Positions 50,661 to 61,002 are shown, counted from the first letter of the stretch. The stretch: DNA of 64,000 nt from an uncultured Nitrospiraceae bacterium (GCA_963705105.1 CAVPIW010000006.1:160001-224000), one strand, 5' to 3'. The notes: generated by a model from the sequence alone, not told the origin. Translations and numbers: made by a program.

Positions 50661-52183
50661 AGAGCCTGCTGAAGAGCACACGTTTCGCGCTGCTTTCCCT
50701 GGCGCTCCTGATCGTGTTCCTCGTCTTCGTCTTCGTCGCCCTGTCGGACCTGCACGAGACGAGGAAGGTGCTTGTCGCCCTCGACAAGGAAAAGGCGGTC
50801 AAACTCGCGAACATCGTCGAAAAGAACATCATCATTCTCATGATGGAAAACCGTCCCGAAGACCTCCGGCCTCTCGTGGAAAGGCTGCCGAAAGATAACC
50901 CCGAGCTGACGGAAGTACGCCTCTTCAATCCCGTCACGGCGATCATCACCGCCTCGTCCCAGAAAGACGAGATCGGACGGCAGATCTACGAGAGGGACTG
51001 GAACAGTTTCGTCAGCCGTGACATGTCCCCCTTCGTTATAGAGAAGCATGGGAAGACCTTTGCGACAATCGTGATGCCTGTCAGGAGCAGCGCCTTCTGT
51101 AAGCGCTGTCATCCTGCAGCCCAGGAGATCATCTCCGTGATGGACGTCGAGGTCTCTCTCGCGGGAGCGGATGCAGCGATCGCGAGGGTGGCAGGACGTC
51201 ACCTGGTCACTTTTGTAATCGCCATGACCATCATCGGCATTGTCTTCTTCGCGGGCGGCGCGTATCTGATCAACAAGCCCCTGGAAGATCTCATGCAGGC
51301 CATGAGGCGCGTCTCCTCCGGAGATCTGACAGCGAGGGCGCAGGGCTTCAGGGATGACGAGTTCGGGTATCTTGCGGAGGGCTTCAACTCCATGGTCGGG
51401 AGTCTTCAGGAGGCGCACGGACAGGTCGAATCTTTCCACAGGGAGCAGATGGAAAAGACGGAAAAACTGGCTGCCCTCGGGGAAATCATGTCCTACCTCG
51501 CCCACGAGATCAAGACACCCCTGACGGGCATCAGCCTGGCCATGCAGATGCTGAACACCGAATTCAGGGGGGACGAGCAAAAAAAGCGTATCATATGCGA
51601 GGTGTTGCAGCAGATAAAGCGCCTCGACAGGACAGTGAAGGACGTTTTGAGCTATGCAAGGCCCAGACCCCCCGCCTTTTCCGCGACGCAGGTCGGTGAT
51701 GTCATCGAGAAGGCGCTCTTTCTCGTCCACCCGGAGGCGAAAGAAAGGGGGGTGGTGATTGAGACTGCCCTGGACGGTACTCTTCCCGTCGTCGTCGTCG
51801 ATCCTGACCAGATACAGCAGGTGTTTCTCAACATCATGATCAATTCGATCCAGGCGATGCCTTCCGGGGGGACTCTCACCATCGGTGTCAGTGCCTCGGG
51901 GAACACTCAAGGAAGCCCTTCTTCCGGAAAGGCTGGAAAACCGCCCTACATCGTCGTCACCATCAGCGATACCGGTCGGGGTATTGATCCCGCCGATCTC
52001 GATCACGTCTTCGATCCCTTTTTCACGAAAAAGCAGAAGGGATCGGGCCTCGGCCTCACCATCAGCCGGAACATCATCCACGACCATGGGGGAAAGATCG
52101 TCGTTGAAAGCGGGATTGGCAAAGGCACAACATTTGCGATATACTTGCCGACAAACAGTAAAGACATTGCGACGGGAACATAA
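50657..52183 (+). CDS. Sensor histidine kinase with periplasmic CxxCH and HAMP
   Basis: FCKRCH between the TMs, AHEIKTPL, DTGRGI, GSGLGL. Confidence 0.93.
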   Translation: MKSLLKSTRFALLSLALLIVFLVFVFVALSDLHETRKVLVALDKEKAVKLANIVEKNIIILMMENRPEDLRPLVERLPKDNPELTEVRLFNPVTAIITASSQKDEIGRQIYERDWNSFVSRDMSPFVIEKHGKTFATIVMPVRSSAFCKRCHPAAQEIISVMDVEVSLAGADAAIARVAGRHLVTFVIAMTIIGIVFFAGGAYLINKPLEDLMQAMRRVSSGDLTARAQGFRDDEFGYLAEGFNSMVGSLQEAHGQVESFHREQMEKTEKLAALGEIMSYLAHEIKTPLTGISLAMQMLNTEFRGDEQKKRIICEVLQQIKRLDRTVKDVLSYARPRPPAFSATQVGDVIEKALFLVHPEAKERGVVIETALDGTLPVVVVDPDQIQQVFLNIMINSIQAMPSGGTLTIGVSASGNTQGSPSSGKAGKPPYIVVTISDTGRGIDPADLDHVFDPFFTKKQKGSGLGLTISRNIIHDHGGKIVVESGIGKGTTFAIYLPTNSKDIATGT

Positions 52184-52189
52184 TAAACA

Positions 52190-53560
52190 ATGCAGACCGC
52201 GAAAATACTGATCATCGACGACGAGAAGTTCATCACCTGGTCACTTTGCCAGCATCTTGAGCGTGAGGAGCACGAGGTGCTGACAGCCGGGACGGGGGAG
52301 GAGGGCCTCGAAATCTTCAAACAGGAAACGCCCGATGTGGTCCTTCTCGACATCCACCTGCCCGGCATGGGCGGCATCGACGTCCTCAAGGCGATGAAGA
52401 AACTCAATAGTGATGTGTCAGTCATCATGATCACCGGGCACGGGGACATCGAGACGGCCGTGTCGACCATCAAGGCGGGAGCGGACGATTTCGTCGAAAA
52501 GCCTTTCGAACTCGAAAAGATCTCCGTGCTTGTCAACAGGGCCCTCGAATCGATCCGGCTGAGAAGAAAGGTGAGCCTCCTCAGTCAGGAGCAGTATGAA
52601 AAATACGGATATGACAGCCTCATCGCCGTCTCGGCTTCCATGAAAAGCGTGAAGGCCCTGCTGAAAAAAGTGACCGAGAGCGACGCCAATACCGTTCTGA
52701 TTCAGGGAGAGAGCGGGACCGGCAAGAACCTCATCGCACGGGTGATCCATTACAACAGCTCACGGGCGTTGGAGCCCTTCATCGAGGTGACGAGCACGGC
52801 CATTCCGGAGACCCTCATCGAGAGTGAGCTTTTCGGATACGAAAAGGGGGCTTTCACCGGCGCTTCAGCGACGAAAAAAGGGCTCTTCGAACTGGCCGAC
52901 GGCGGGACGCTGTATCTGGACGAGATCGGAGACACGAAACCCTCGACGCAGGCAAAGCTCCTGCGCGTCATCGAAGACAGGAGATTCAAGCGCCTCGGCG
53001 GATTGAGGGATATCAGCATCAACGTGAGGATCATCGCTGCGACGAACAGAAACCTCGAAGATGCGGTGAGGGAAGGCAGTTTCAGGACGGATCTCTATTA
53101 TCGTCTCAAGGTCATCCCGATCCACCTTCCGCCCCTGAGAGAGCGGAAGGAGGACATCATCCCCCTTGCGCTGCACTATTTGAACGCCTTCAACAGGGAG
53201 TTCAAGAAGAACGTCTCCGATATATCTCCCGAGGCCCGGACGATTTTCGTGAACTATCCGTGGCACGGCAATGCGAGGGAGCTGAAAAACGTCATCGAGC
53301 GCATCTGTATCCTCGAAGACACCGAGCTGATTTACCCGGAGAATATTCCTCCGGAGATAGCCGACACCGTGAAGGAGGAAAGCGATGAGTACATGGCGGT
53401 GAACCTGCCCCCGAGCGGTGTGGCCCTCAAGGACATCGAGAAACAGCTTGTCCTTCAGGCCCTGCAGACGGTGAGCGGCAATCAGACAAGGGCTGCGAGG
53501 CTCCTCGGCATATCGAGAGACTCACTGCGCTACAAGATGCAAAAGATGGGGCTCCTCTGA
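52190..53560 (+). CDS. Sigma54-dependent response regulator (NtrC/AtoC family)
   Basis: REC domain, GESGTGK, GAFTGA, LDEIG, Fis HTH GNQTRAARLLGI. Confidence 0.96.
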   Translation: MQTAKILIIDDEKFITWSLCQHLEREEHEVLTAGTGEEGLEIFKQETPDVVLLDIHLPGMGGIDVLKAMKKLNSDVSVIMITGHGDIETAVSTIKAGADDFVEKPFELEKISVLVNRALESIRLRRKVSLLSQEQYEKYGYDSLIAVSASMKSVKALLKKVTESDANTVLIQGESGTGKNLIARVIHYNSSRALEPFIEVTSTAIPETLIESELFGYEKGAFTGASATKKGLFELADGGTLYLDEIGDTKPSTQAKLLRVIEDRRFKRLGGLRDISINVRIIAATNRNLEDAVREGSFRTDLYYRLKVIPIHLPPLRERKEDIIPLALHYLNAFNREFKKNVSDISPEARTIFVNYPWHGNARELKNVIERICILEDTELIYPENIPPEIADTVKEESDEYMAVNLPPSGVALKDIEKQLVLQALQTVSGNQTRAARLLGISRDSLRYKMQKMGLL

Positions 53561-53703
53561 ATGATATAGCAGTGTGAGTGTCAGTGGAAGGATTATTTCG
53601 GGCCGCCGGCGGCCGAATCATGACGTACTATCTGTTCCGGTGGCACAGCCACCCCGCCTTTCCCCCCCGATTTGCTCTTTCATTTTAGGGCGAATTCCCG
53701 CAG

Positions 53704-53734
53704 TTTCCGCAGGGGACTGCGGAAAATCACGCAG
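53704..53734. promoter_or_regulatory. Putative upstream activator sequence
   Basis: Overlapping palindromes TTTCCGCAG-GGGA-CTGCGGAAA and CTGCG-N8-CGCAG, about 130-160 bp upstream of a -24/-12-like motif. Confidence 0.5.
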
Positions 53735-53862
53735 TCCTCCTGTCTTGCATCACGTCCGACCGCGCACTGCTTTGCCGGTGTGTCCCTTCAGATTCCTGAA
53801 ATTCCGGGAGAAGTCGTTTTTGACGATAAGGCACGGGCGTGATTCTGCGAAAGGATGATGAC

Positions 53863-53878
53863 TGGCACGTTCTTTGAT
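53863..53878 (+). promoter_or_regulatory. Sigma54-like promoter
   Basis: TGGCAC-GTTCT-TTGAT: perfect -24 box; -12 box is TTGA rather than TTGC. Confidence 0.55.
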
Positions 53879-53888
53879 AATTTATTTC

Positions 53889-54014
53889 TGCACGACGTTG
53901 AAAAAATACAGTCTCAAAGGTATACGTTTGCGGCCGGTCTGTGCTGTGTGATTTTTGAGACTGACGTAATGACCGTCCGCATGGGGGGAGAGCGGGGAGG
54001 CTCCCCCCTTTTTT
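53889..54014 (+). ncRNA. Candidate sigma54-dependent small RNA (about 125 nt)
   Basis: No RBS-led ORF; stem CAGTCTCAAA/TTTGAGACTG, then a terminator. Confidence 0.45.
53983..54014 (+). terminator. Intrinsic terminator
   Basis: GGGGGGAG-N10-CTCCCCCC-TTTTTT. Confidence 0.8.
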
Positions 54015-54088
54015 CGTCCCCTGTCCGGCCCTTTCATCACCTGATTCATCGGGGCGTCTTCAGCCGGGGAGAGTATGCGTTCGGCGCG

Positions 54089-54556
54089 TCATTCGACGAC
54101 CCAGACGCAGCAGTTCCTGGCCGCATGGAGGATCTTGTTCGACGTGCTCCCGAAGATGAATTCCTCCTTTTTCGACAGGCCTCTTCGGCCGATGACGATC
54201 GTCGTTGCGCCGAGGTTTCTCTGCTCCTCGAGAATGCACTCGCCGATGGACGGGCACCGTTTCATGATAACGACGGGCGAGACCATATCCGGAGGAAACC
54301 CCGCCTGAACGAGGCGCTGCCTGTAGTGTCCGACCATATCCGTCGTCCTCTTCCTTGCGGAGTCGATCCACTTTGTCCGCTCCTCATCGGACGTGAAGTA
54401 GTCTTCGGTCGGTTCCGGCAGTATTGAAAGGACGGTGACGCGGAAACCGGTGAGCCCCCCGAGGAAGTCGGCGACATGGAGGACAGCCCTGCGCGCGTTG
54501 TCTGATTCATCGACGGCGATGAGGATATGTTTCTCCTTTTGCTGGATTGAAGCCAT
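54089..54556 (-). CDS. Universal stress protein
   Basis: HILIAVDES...IVIGRRG...FGSTSNKILHAARNCCVWVV. Confidence 0.92.
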   Translation of the reverse strand: MASIQQKEKHILIAVDESDNARRAVLHVADFLGGLTGFRVTVLSILPEPTEDYFTSDEERTKWIDSARKRTTDMVGHYRQRLVQAGFPPDMVSPVVIMKRCPSIGECILEEQRNLGATTIVIGRRGLSKKEEFIFGSTSNKILHAARNCCVWVVE

Positions 54557-54581
54557 TCTTTGACCTCCTCTGTGAAAAGGT

Positions 54582-55571
54582 TCACTGCAGCCCGGCCCGC
54601 GCCTCGGTCAGGTCGGCGAGCAACTGCTGCGTCGATTCATAGTATACGTTGGCGCCGACGGAAAAATGGAGCAGAACGAGATTCAGGTCTTTTGGGATGT
54701 AAGGATAAATCTTTCTCAGGTTCACGATGCGGTTGTTGAATATGATATTCATGTCATCGGCCGTCAACCGGCCGAAGGTCTCAGGGTCCTGCTGCTTCAC
54801 TGCCTGCTGGGTGACTTCCCCCCGGCCCGTCAGGTAGATGATGACGTTGCCGAGACCGAAGAGATCGAAACCGAACATGCTTTCCTTGTGAATGAAGTTG
54901 AAGTCGAAGTCTATCCATTTGTTTCTGCCCGTAACCTTGTCCATGACGATATGGTCGCGCCGGATGTCGCCGTGCTTCTCTCCGTTGTCATGAAGAAAAC
55001 GGATCGCCTGGGCAAGTTCGATGTATGCGTCGAGAACGCCCGGAAAGTGATTATGGAAGTAGTCCTCGTGATCACCCCCGAGCTTCAGGACGGCATCGCA
55101 CATCTTGGTTCCCTGGATGTAATCGATGACCCTCACGATGTTTCCGGCACTGTCCGGGACGGCGAAGCCCTGCATGAAGTTCGGGTGATCCGCGACGAGT
55201 CGGAGGATGCGCGCCTCCTTTTTCGGGCTCCGGAAGCATTCAAAGACGATCCCGCCGATGTTTGCCGTGTATTTTTCGTGAAAGACCATCTTGAGTATCT
55301 TCGTCGTCCCGTCCACAAGATCAACGGCCCTCCTGACCCAGAATTTGGGCTCGTCGTCTATGCTGAAACGGCCCTCGCGCTCCGTATTCCGGCAGAGGTA
55401 GGGATGGCCGTCGAGGATGACGACGTCGTCATATTCGACGCGGAAGAAATCGGAGGTGTCGGTGACGATGCTGAACCTCTTCGGTACGCGCGACGGCTCC
55501 ACCCACCGTGCCATCATCTCCTGCAGTTGATCTCTGCTGAAATCGTTCATGGTCGTTCCGTCCTGCGTCAT
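54582..55571 (-). CDS. Atypical protein-kinase-like fold protein
   Basis: EPKFWVRRA, KILK, KHGDIRRDHI, WIDFD, DLFGLG. Confidence 0.8.
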   Translation of the reverse strand: MTQDGTTMNDFSRDQLQEMMARWVEPSRVPKRFSIVTDTSDFFRVEYDDVVILDGHPYLCRNTEREGRFSIDDEPKFWVRRAVDLVDGTTKILKMVFHEKYTANIGGIVFECFRSPKKEARILRLVADHPNFMQGFAVPDSAGNIVRVIDYIQGTKMCDAVLKLGGDHEDYFHNHFPGVLDAYIELAQAIRFLHDNGEKHGDIRRDHIVMDKVTGRNKWIDFDFNFIHKESMFGFDLFGLGNVIIYLTGRGEVTQQAVKQQDPETFGRLTADDMNIIFNNRIVNLRKIYPYIPKDLNLVLLHFSVGANVYYESTQQLLADLTEARAGLQ

Positions 55572-55636
55572 AAGAGTTATTTACCACAGAAAAACCGAAA
55601 ATGCAACACTGACATCTCACTAGAGTTTGTTTATAA

Positions 55637-55837
55637 ACCTTGGAGTTGCTTAGAAAGGCGTGGCGAAGCACTCTTAAAAATAGTGTCAGTGACAGTGTGA
55701 GTGTCAGTGTCGGAAAAGATGTCTAATTCTCCTGACATTGGCCTACCGTTCCTCTTTCCTTTCGATAAGGTGTCGCCGCATCAAGGTTTTCGGCGCATAC
55801 ACCCCGCCTTTACGGAGGGAGTATGCAACGACAGGTT
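55637..55837. repeat. Family A element, copy 8 (type I)
   Basis: ACCTTGGAGTTGCT...hexamers...CGGAAAAGATGTC...GGTGTCGCCGC...CCCCGCCTTT...TGCAACGACAGGT. Confidence 0.9.
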
Positions 55838-55998
55838 TGATCAGAACTTGAGAAAGAGCGGCTTGTGGACTTTCGGCTTTTTGTGCGGGCACTTTTTCCT
55901 GCCATGCTGCGGGACGCACATATTGCAGCGCGAATCGGAGCACTGCTGGCAGAATGTGCAGTCAGGACACGGTTTCTTCTGCGGCGTCTTCTTTTCCA

Positions 55999-58383
55999 TC
56001 ACCGGTCCGGGCCATTCATGACGCTGTGCACGGCTTCACTCAATTCGGCAATGTTATAGGGTTTCGTCACGACACCGCTGAAGCCGTAATCCCGGAAATC
56101 GGCCATGACGGGATCCGTCGAATAGCCGCTCGACACGATCGCCCGGACGCCCTGATCGATGTCGCGGAGCCTCCTGACAGCCTCCTTCCCGCCCATCGCC
56201 CCGGGCACCGTCAGGTCCAGAATGACGGCGTCGAAGGAATCGCCGTTATCGAGTGCCTTCTGATACTCCTGAAGGGCGGCGTCCCCGTCAGCGGTCACGG
56301 TGACCGAATAACCGAGGCTCGTGAGCATCTCCCCCGCCACATCCCTGACGGTCTCTTCATCGTCCATCAGGAGGACCCTGCCGTTCCCGCTCACCGCCTG
56401 CACATCCCGGGCGACTCCGGTTTCGATGTCCTGTCCGGACGCGGGAAGGTAGAGATGAAACGCCGTCCCTCTTCCGACCGCCGACTCGACGAGGATTTGA
56501 CCTTTGTGCCGTCTCATGATCGAGTATGCGGAGGTGAGACCGAGCCCCGTTCCTTTCGGCTTTGTCGAGAAAAAGGGGTCGAACAGTTTCGGTATCAATT
56601 CCTCGGGGATGCCTTCGCCGTGGTCCCCGACCGTTATCATGACGTAGGAACCGGCACTCAGCGGGGGGATCTCCCCTGGGGTGATCTGAAGATTTCTGCC
56701 GGACACGGTCACCGTTCCTCCCCCTGCCATAGCCTCGCTCGCGTTCGTGACGAGGTTGCCGATGACCTGTCCGATCTGTCCTGCATCCACCTCCGCCGAC
56801 CAGAGATCATCAGGCATGGAAATTACGCATTTCGTGCCGGAACCCCTGAGGACGAATTCAGACATGTCTCTAATGATGCCGGACAGCGATTCCACCTTCT
56901 TGATCGGCTCTCCGCCCCTGGCAAATGTCAGCAACTGTCTTGTCAGGTCCTTTGCTCTCAGTGACGCCTGCTCGGCCCGCTGCAGCAGTTCGGGTACTCT
57001 GGCGTCGGGCTGCTCGACCATGCGGGCCAGGGATATGTATCCCATGATACCGGTCAACAGGTTGTTGAAGTCATGGGCAAGCCCCCCAGCCAGAACGCCG
57101 AGCGATTCAAGTTTCTGGACTTTGGCGAGTTCCTCCTCCATCCTCCTTCTTTCCGTGATATCCCGGGAGTTGATGATGACCTTCGTCGACCCCGTATAGT
57201 CCGTCATGCTCTTGCCGATCGCTTCGAAGATGCTCCACGAGCCGCTCCGATGCCGCACCCTGACGACGATCGACTCGACTGTTCCGGGCCTCTCGATTAC
57301 CCTGACGAATGCGTTCCGGCATGCCATGAGATCATCGTGATGCACAAAATCAAAGACGCGTCTTCCCCGTAACTCATACGGCGAATATCCGAGCAATCGT
57401 TCCAGGGACGGCGTATCGTAGAGAATCACACCGTTGCCGTCGGTAACAGTGATGAGATCAAGCGAATTCTCTATGAGGGAGCGGAAATTCTCCTCGCTGA
57501 GCTTGAGCGCTTCTTCAGCCCGGACCCGGTCCTGGATCTCCTTCCTGAGCTGCTCGTTCATGGCGACGAGCTCGGCCGTGCGCTCCTGAACGAGCTCTGT
57601 CAGATGCTCCCGGTGCTTTGTGAGCTCCGCTTCGGTTTGCTTTCTGACGTCGATCTCCGCAGAGAGGTCCAGGGCAAGATTTTCGGCGTCCTCTTTGGCC
57701 GACGCGAGATAGGAGAGGAGGTTCATGTTGATGTATCGCACCTTAATGGATGTGAGAGTCATTGTATGGATCTGGAGCGCCACGGCGGTCATGAGGATAG
57801 TGAAAAGAAGGGCCATGCCGCTCATGGCGAGATGCATGGAGTCGCCGAGGATCAGGAAATAGACGAAAAGGGGGACGGCGGCGGGAATGCTGAATGCAAA
57901 GAAGGCCCGCCTGACAACTGCGTATGCGCCTGCGGAGCCGATCACCATCCCGCCGAGCACGAACGCGAGAAAGGCCTGGTGAGCGACGGACGTGTCAGGT
58001 GATATGAGCAGACCGGACGCCCCCCAGGCGACTCCCGAAAGGGCGGTGGCGGCCACGAAACGTTTTTCGGCGCTTACCGCTGAGAGGGGATCATCGGATG
58101 CCCGGCGGAACCTGATGACGTCGTAATACCGAAAGGCTGTCACGATGAAGATGCCAGCGACCCATGCCATCAGGAGTGCGCGGTCGGTCACACTCCACAG
58201 GATGACGGCGAGTAAGACGGAATTGACGAGGCTGCCGATCATCGATATGGAGGCGTTTTTGTAAAGCAGGCGCACCTGCTCGGCCCGGATTTTGACGGAC
58301 TCTTCAGGCGACGTCAGATCTTCAGGATTCTTTCCGGGCATTCCGCTCATTCCGCTACCCGTCTTATTGACAACATCATCCAT
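55999..58383 (-). CDS. Hybrid sensor kinase (multi-TM sensor, PAS, HisKA/HATPase, REC)
   Basis: About six TMs, PAS, AHDFNNLL, DHGEGI, VLLMDDE...ILDLTVP...KPY. Start is uncertain. Confidence 0.93.
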   Translation of the reverse strand: MDDVVNKTGSGMSGMPGKNPEDLTSPEESVKIRAEQVRLLYKNASISMIGSLVNSVLLAVILWSVTDRALLMAWVAGIFIVTAFRYYDVIRFRRASDDPLSAVSAEKRFVAATALSGVAWGASGLLISPDTSVAHQAFLAFVLGGMVIGSAGAYAVVRRAFFAFSIPAAVPLFVYFLILGDSMHLAMSGMALLFTILMTAVALQIHTMTLTSIKVRYINMNLLSYLASAKEDAENLALDLSAEIDVRKQTEAELTKHREHLTELVQERTAELVAMNEQLRKEIQDRVRAEEALKLSEENFRSLIENSLDLITVTDGNGVILYDTPSLERLLGYSPYELRGRRVFDFVHHDDLMACRNAFVRVIERPGTVESIVVRVRHRSGSWSIFEAIGKSMTDYTGSTKVIINSRDITERRRMEEELAKVQKLESLGVLAGGLAHDFNNLLTGIMGYISLARMVEQPDARVPELLQRAEQASLRAKDLTRQLLTFARGGEPIKKVESLSGIIRDMSEFVLRGSGTKCVISMPDDLWSAEVDAGQIGQVIGNLVTNASEAMAGGGTVTVSGRNLQITPGEIPPLSAGSYVMITVGDHGEGIPEELIPKLFDPFFSTKPKGTGLGLTSAYSIMRRHKGQILVESAVGRGTAFHLYLPASGQDIETGVARDVQAVSGNGRVLLMDDEETVRDVAGEMLTSLGYSVTVTADGDAALQEYQKALDNGDSFDAVILDLTVPGAMGGKEAVRRLRDIDQGVRAIVSSGYSTDPVMADFRDYGFSGVVTKPYNIAELSEAVHSVMNGPDR

Positions 58384-58558
58384 ATTATATTTATAACACA
58401 AATAAGTGTCGGGAGTTGCATGAAATTTGAGGGAGAAGGCCCCGGATGTGTCGTCATAGGATAGGATGTGATTCATGTATTCCGGGTCCTGTTCATGTTA
58501 CTATTGGCAGTCCTGCAACGGAAAAAGTTCTTACTGTTCATCCGGAAGATGAAGATAA

Positions 58559-58737
58559 ACCCTGCAGTTGCATAGAAAGGCGGGGCGAAGCGCTCTGAAA
58601 ACAGTGTCGGTGTGAGTGTGAGTGTCAGTGTCGGAAAAGATGTCCAATTCCCCCATGTCACGATACAGGTGTCGCCGCAGCAAGGTTTTCGGCGCATACA
58701 CCCCGCCTTTCGGTTCGGGCGTATGCAACGATAAGGT
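58559..58737. repeat. Family A element, copy 9 (type I, shortened core)
   Basis: Same arms and hexamer tract as copies 3 and 7. Confidence 0.92.
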
Positions 58738-58801
58738 AAGGATTTCGCGCCAATGACAACCGGATCTGAACCATTGACTTCACCACCGGAGGGCTGATGA
58801 A

Positions 58802-59383
58802 ATGACCAAAAGATGTGACTCTTGTTTTTCACCGGGGACATGGGGAACATGCGCTGTTGTGTTGCTGTGCGTTTTCATGGCGGGATGCGCGACGATTCCG
58901 GCCGAGGAATGTGCAAGAGTAAACTGGTATGCCCTGGGCTTCGAGGACGGACTCAAGGGATACACGGCCGATCGCATCGGCAAGCACCGGGAGGCTTGTG
59001 CGTCGGTCAATGTGATACCCGACGAAAGGGCGTACTACTCCGGCCGCGCCGAGGGCCTGTATGAATACTGCAAGCCGGAAAACGCCTTTGTCGAGGGACT
59101 GGCGGGACGAGAATACCGCGGCGTTTGTCTTCCCCCGGTGGACCGCGTCTTTGCGCGCAACCACAGCGCTGCCTATGCGGTGTTCAAGGCCAGGGACAAT
59201 CTCCGGAGTGTCGAGAACAGGATCGACAGCAAGGAGAAGGAGCTGCGAAAGAAAGACAGGAATGACCGTGAGCGAAAGGAACTGCGGGACGAGATACGGA
59301 CGCTTGACGAAAAGCGCAGGGACTTGCGGAATGAGCTGTACCGTCTCGAGGCGGAGCTCGATCGACTGCGTGGGAACAGGTAG
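58802..59383 (+). CDS. DUF2799-like lipoprotein
   Basis: MAGC lipobox, EECARVNWYALGFEDG, YC.PENA..G..G..Y.GVC, C-terminal coiled coil. Confidence 0.82.
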   Translation: MTKRCDSCFSPGTWGTCAVVLLCVFMAGCATIPAEECARVNWYALGFEDGLKGYTADRIGKHREACASVNVIPDERAYYSGRAEGLYEYCKPENAFVEGLAGREYRGVCLPPVDRVFARNHSAAYAVFKARDNLRSVENRIDSKEKELRKKDRNDRERKELRDEIRTLDEKRRDLRNELYRLEAELDRLRGNR

Positions 59384-59517
59384 CATGGCGTTTCATCTGA
59401 CCGGGCGCCCCTGGTCCGTAACCGTTAGACTCATCCATGATCCGGCGTGAGCGGCCAGACAGGCCGCCGGGACAATCGCCAGGGCTGTTTTAAGGATTGT
59501 CATGCCCCTTTATCGCA

Positions 59518-59718
59518 TCATCCGAGCTTGTCCATCGCCTCTTTCATGAGGGGGGTCAGTTTTTTTGTCTCATCGCAGAGTTTCATAAGCACTGCGGCCA
59601 CGTCCTGCTTCCCCGTTGCAGAAGCCTTCTCGGCCCACTCGCGATACGTCTCGGCATGCTCATCGTTGTGTTCCATCCAGTGGTGAAGCAAAGTCCTCAG
59701 CTTTTCATGATTTTCCAT
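59518..59718 (-). CDS. Small His-rich helical protein (putative metal-binding)
   Basis: KLRTLLHHWMEHNDEHAETYREWA; RBS AAAGGAGG; divergent from the CDF gene. Confidence 0.8.
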   Translation of the reverse strand: MENHEKLRTLLHHWMEHNDEHAETYREWAEKASATGKQDVAAVLMKLCDETKKLTPLMKEAMDKLG

Positions 59719-59948
59719 GATGCCTCCTTTTTATATTTCAATACACTGTTGTCCAAAATAATCTGACACGAGGATAGGGCACGATTTCTTCGCAAAATAA
59801 ACCCTTATCGCCGCCATGAGATCTCCGGAAAGACGGTGCGAATGCGCCGAAAAGCCCTGCCGGGACCTTCCATTGTACCAGAAAGGCATGTTTCGGGTGT
59901 TGTCAAAGGACGATTTCGCTTCGCACCATTTTGTGGTAATCTTTAGAT

Positions 59949-60866
59949 ATGTCACTCTCATCACAGAAGCGGCTTGCTCTGAGCCTGTTCGTCACGGTCG
60001 TCATCCTTGTCGGTGAGACGATCGGCGGCATCGTCAGCAACAGCCTCGCCCTCCTGAGCGACGCCGGGCATGTGCTGACCGATGCGTTTGCCCTGGGGCT
60101 CAGTCTTATCGCCGCACTGATCATGCGGAGGCCCTCCGATTACCGGGCCACATACGGCTATCAGCGCATAGGGCTCCTCGCGGCGCTCATCAACGGAGTC
60201 AGCCTCATCGTCATCGCTATCTTCATTTTCATCGAGGCCTACAGGCGTCTCAAGGCGCCGCCTGAGATCGATCTCACGGTCATGCTGGGCGTCGCGTCGG
60301 CTGGCCTGGCGGGAAATGTCCTGATGGCTCTCATTCTCATGAAGGGGGTCCACGATCTCAACGTCAAGAGCGCCTGGCTCCATGTGCTGGGTGACACGGT
60401 ATCTTCGCTGGGAGTCATTTGCTCCGGTCTCATTATCTTTTTTACGGGGTGGCAGCCGGCGGACCCGATCGCCAGCGGCATCGTCGGGATCATGATCATC
60501 GTCGGCGGGGTGCGCGTCATCAAGGAGGCCCTCTGGGTCTTTCTCGAAATGAGCCCCGCCAATATGCACGCCGGTGAGATTTCCCGGACCATCTGCGATA
60601 TTCCCGGCGTTCTGGGCGTCCACGACCTGCATATCTGGTCCATCGGCCACGGTATACCCGCCTTTTCGGGCCATGTGATCGTGAAGGACCAGAAGATCAG
60701 CGATGTCGATGTGATCCGCAAAGAGATCGAACACAAGCTGGAGCACATCGGCATCAAGCACTCGGTGATCCAGATGGAGTGCGCCGAGTGCGCCAGTGGC
60801 AGCCTTCTCTGCCAGATGCCCGGCCGGGGTGAGCACGAGCCGTTCCATGAGCACCATAACCACTGA
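59949..60866 (+). CDS. Cation diffusion facilitator (CzcD/ZitB-like Zn/Co/Cd exporter)
   Basis: SLALLSDAGHVLTD, TYGYQR, NVKSAWLHVLGD, HDLHIW, His/Cys-rich tail. Confidence 0.94.
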   Translation: MSLSSQKRLALSLFVTVVILVGETIGGIVSNSLALLSDAGHVLTDAFALGLSLIAALIMRRPSDYRATYGYQRIGLLAALINGVSLIVIAIFIFIEAYRRLKAPPEIDLTVMLGVASAGLAGNVLMALILMKGVHDLNVKSAWLHVLGDTVSSLGVICSGLIIFFTGWQPADPIASGIVGIMIIVGGVRVIKEALWVFLEMSPANMHAGEISRTICDIPGVLGVHDLHIWSIGHGIPAFSGHVIVKDQKISDVDVIRKEIEHKLEHIGIKHSVIQMECAECASGSLLCQMPGRGEHEPFHEHHNH

Positions 60867-61002
60867 ACCGGCCTTCATCATTTCAACGATATTAACGTTG
60901 CTGTGAAGGCGAAGGACGATCCCGACTTCGTCCAGGCAAAGTATTCAGGCCCCTTCCTCGGTGTCGCCGTCAGGTTTTAGCTGCCGGGCTGAGAGTTGAA
61001 TG

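Noticed and set aside
53571..53665. Twelfth family A copy
   Set aside because: Only a short hexamer run and CACCCCGCCTTTCC remain, too degenerate to delimit.
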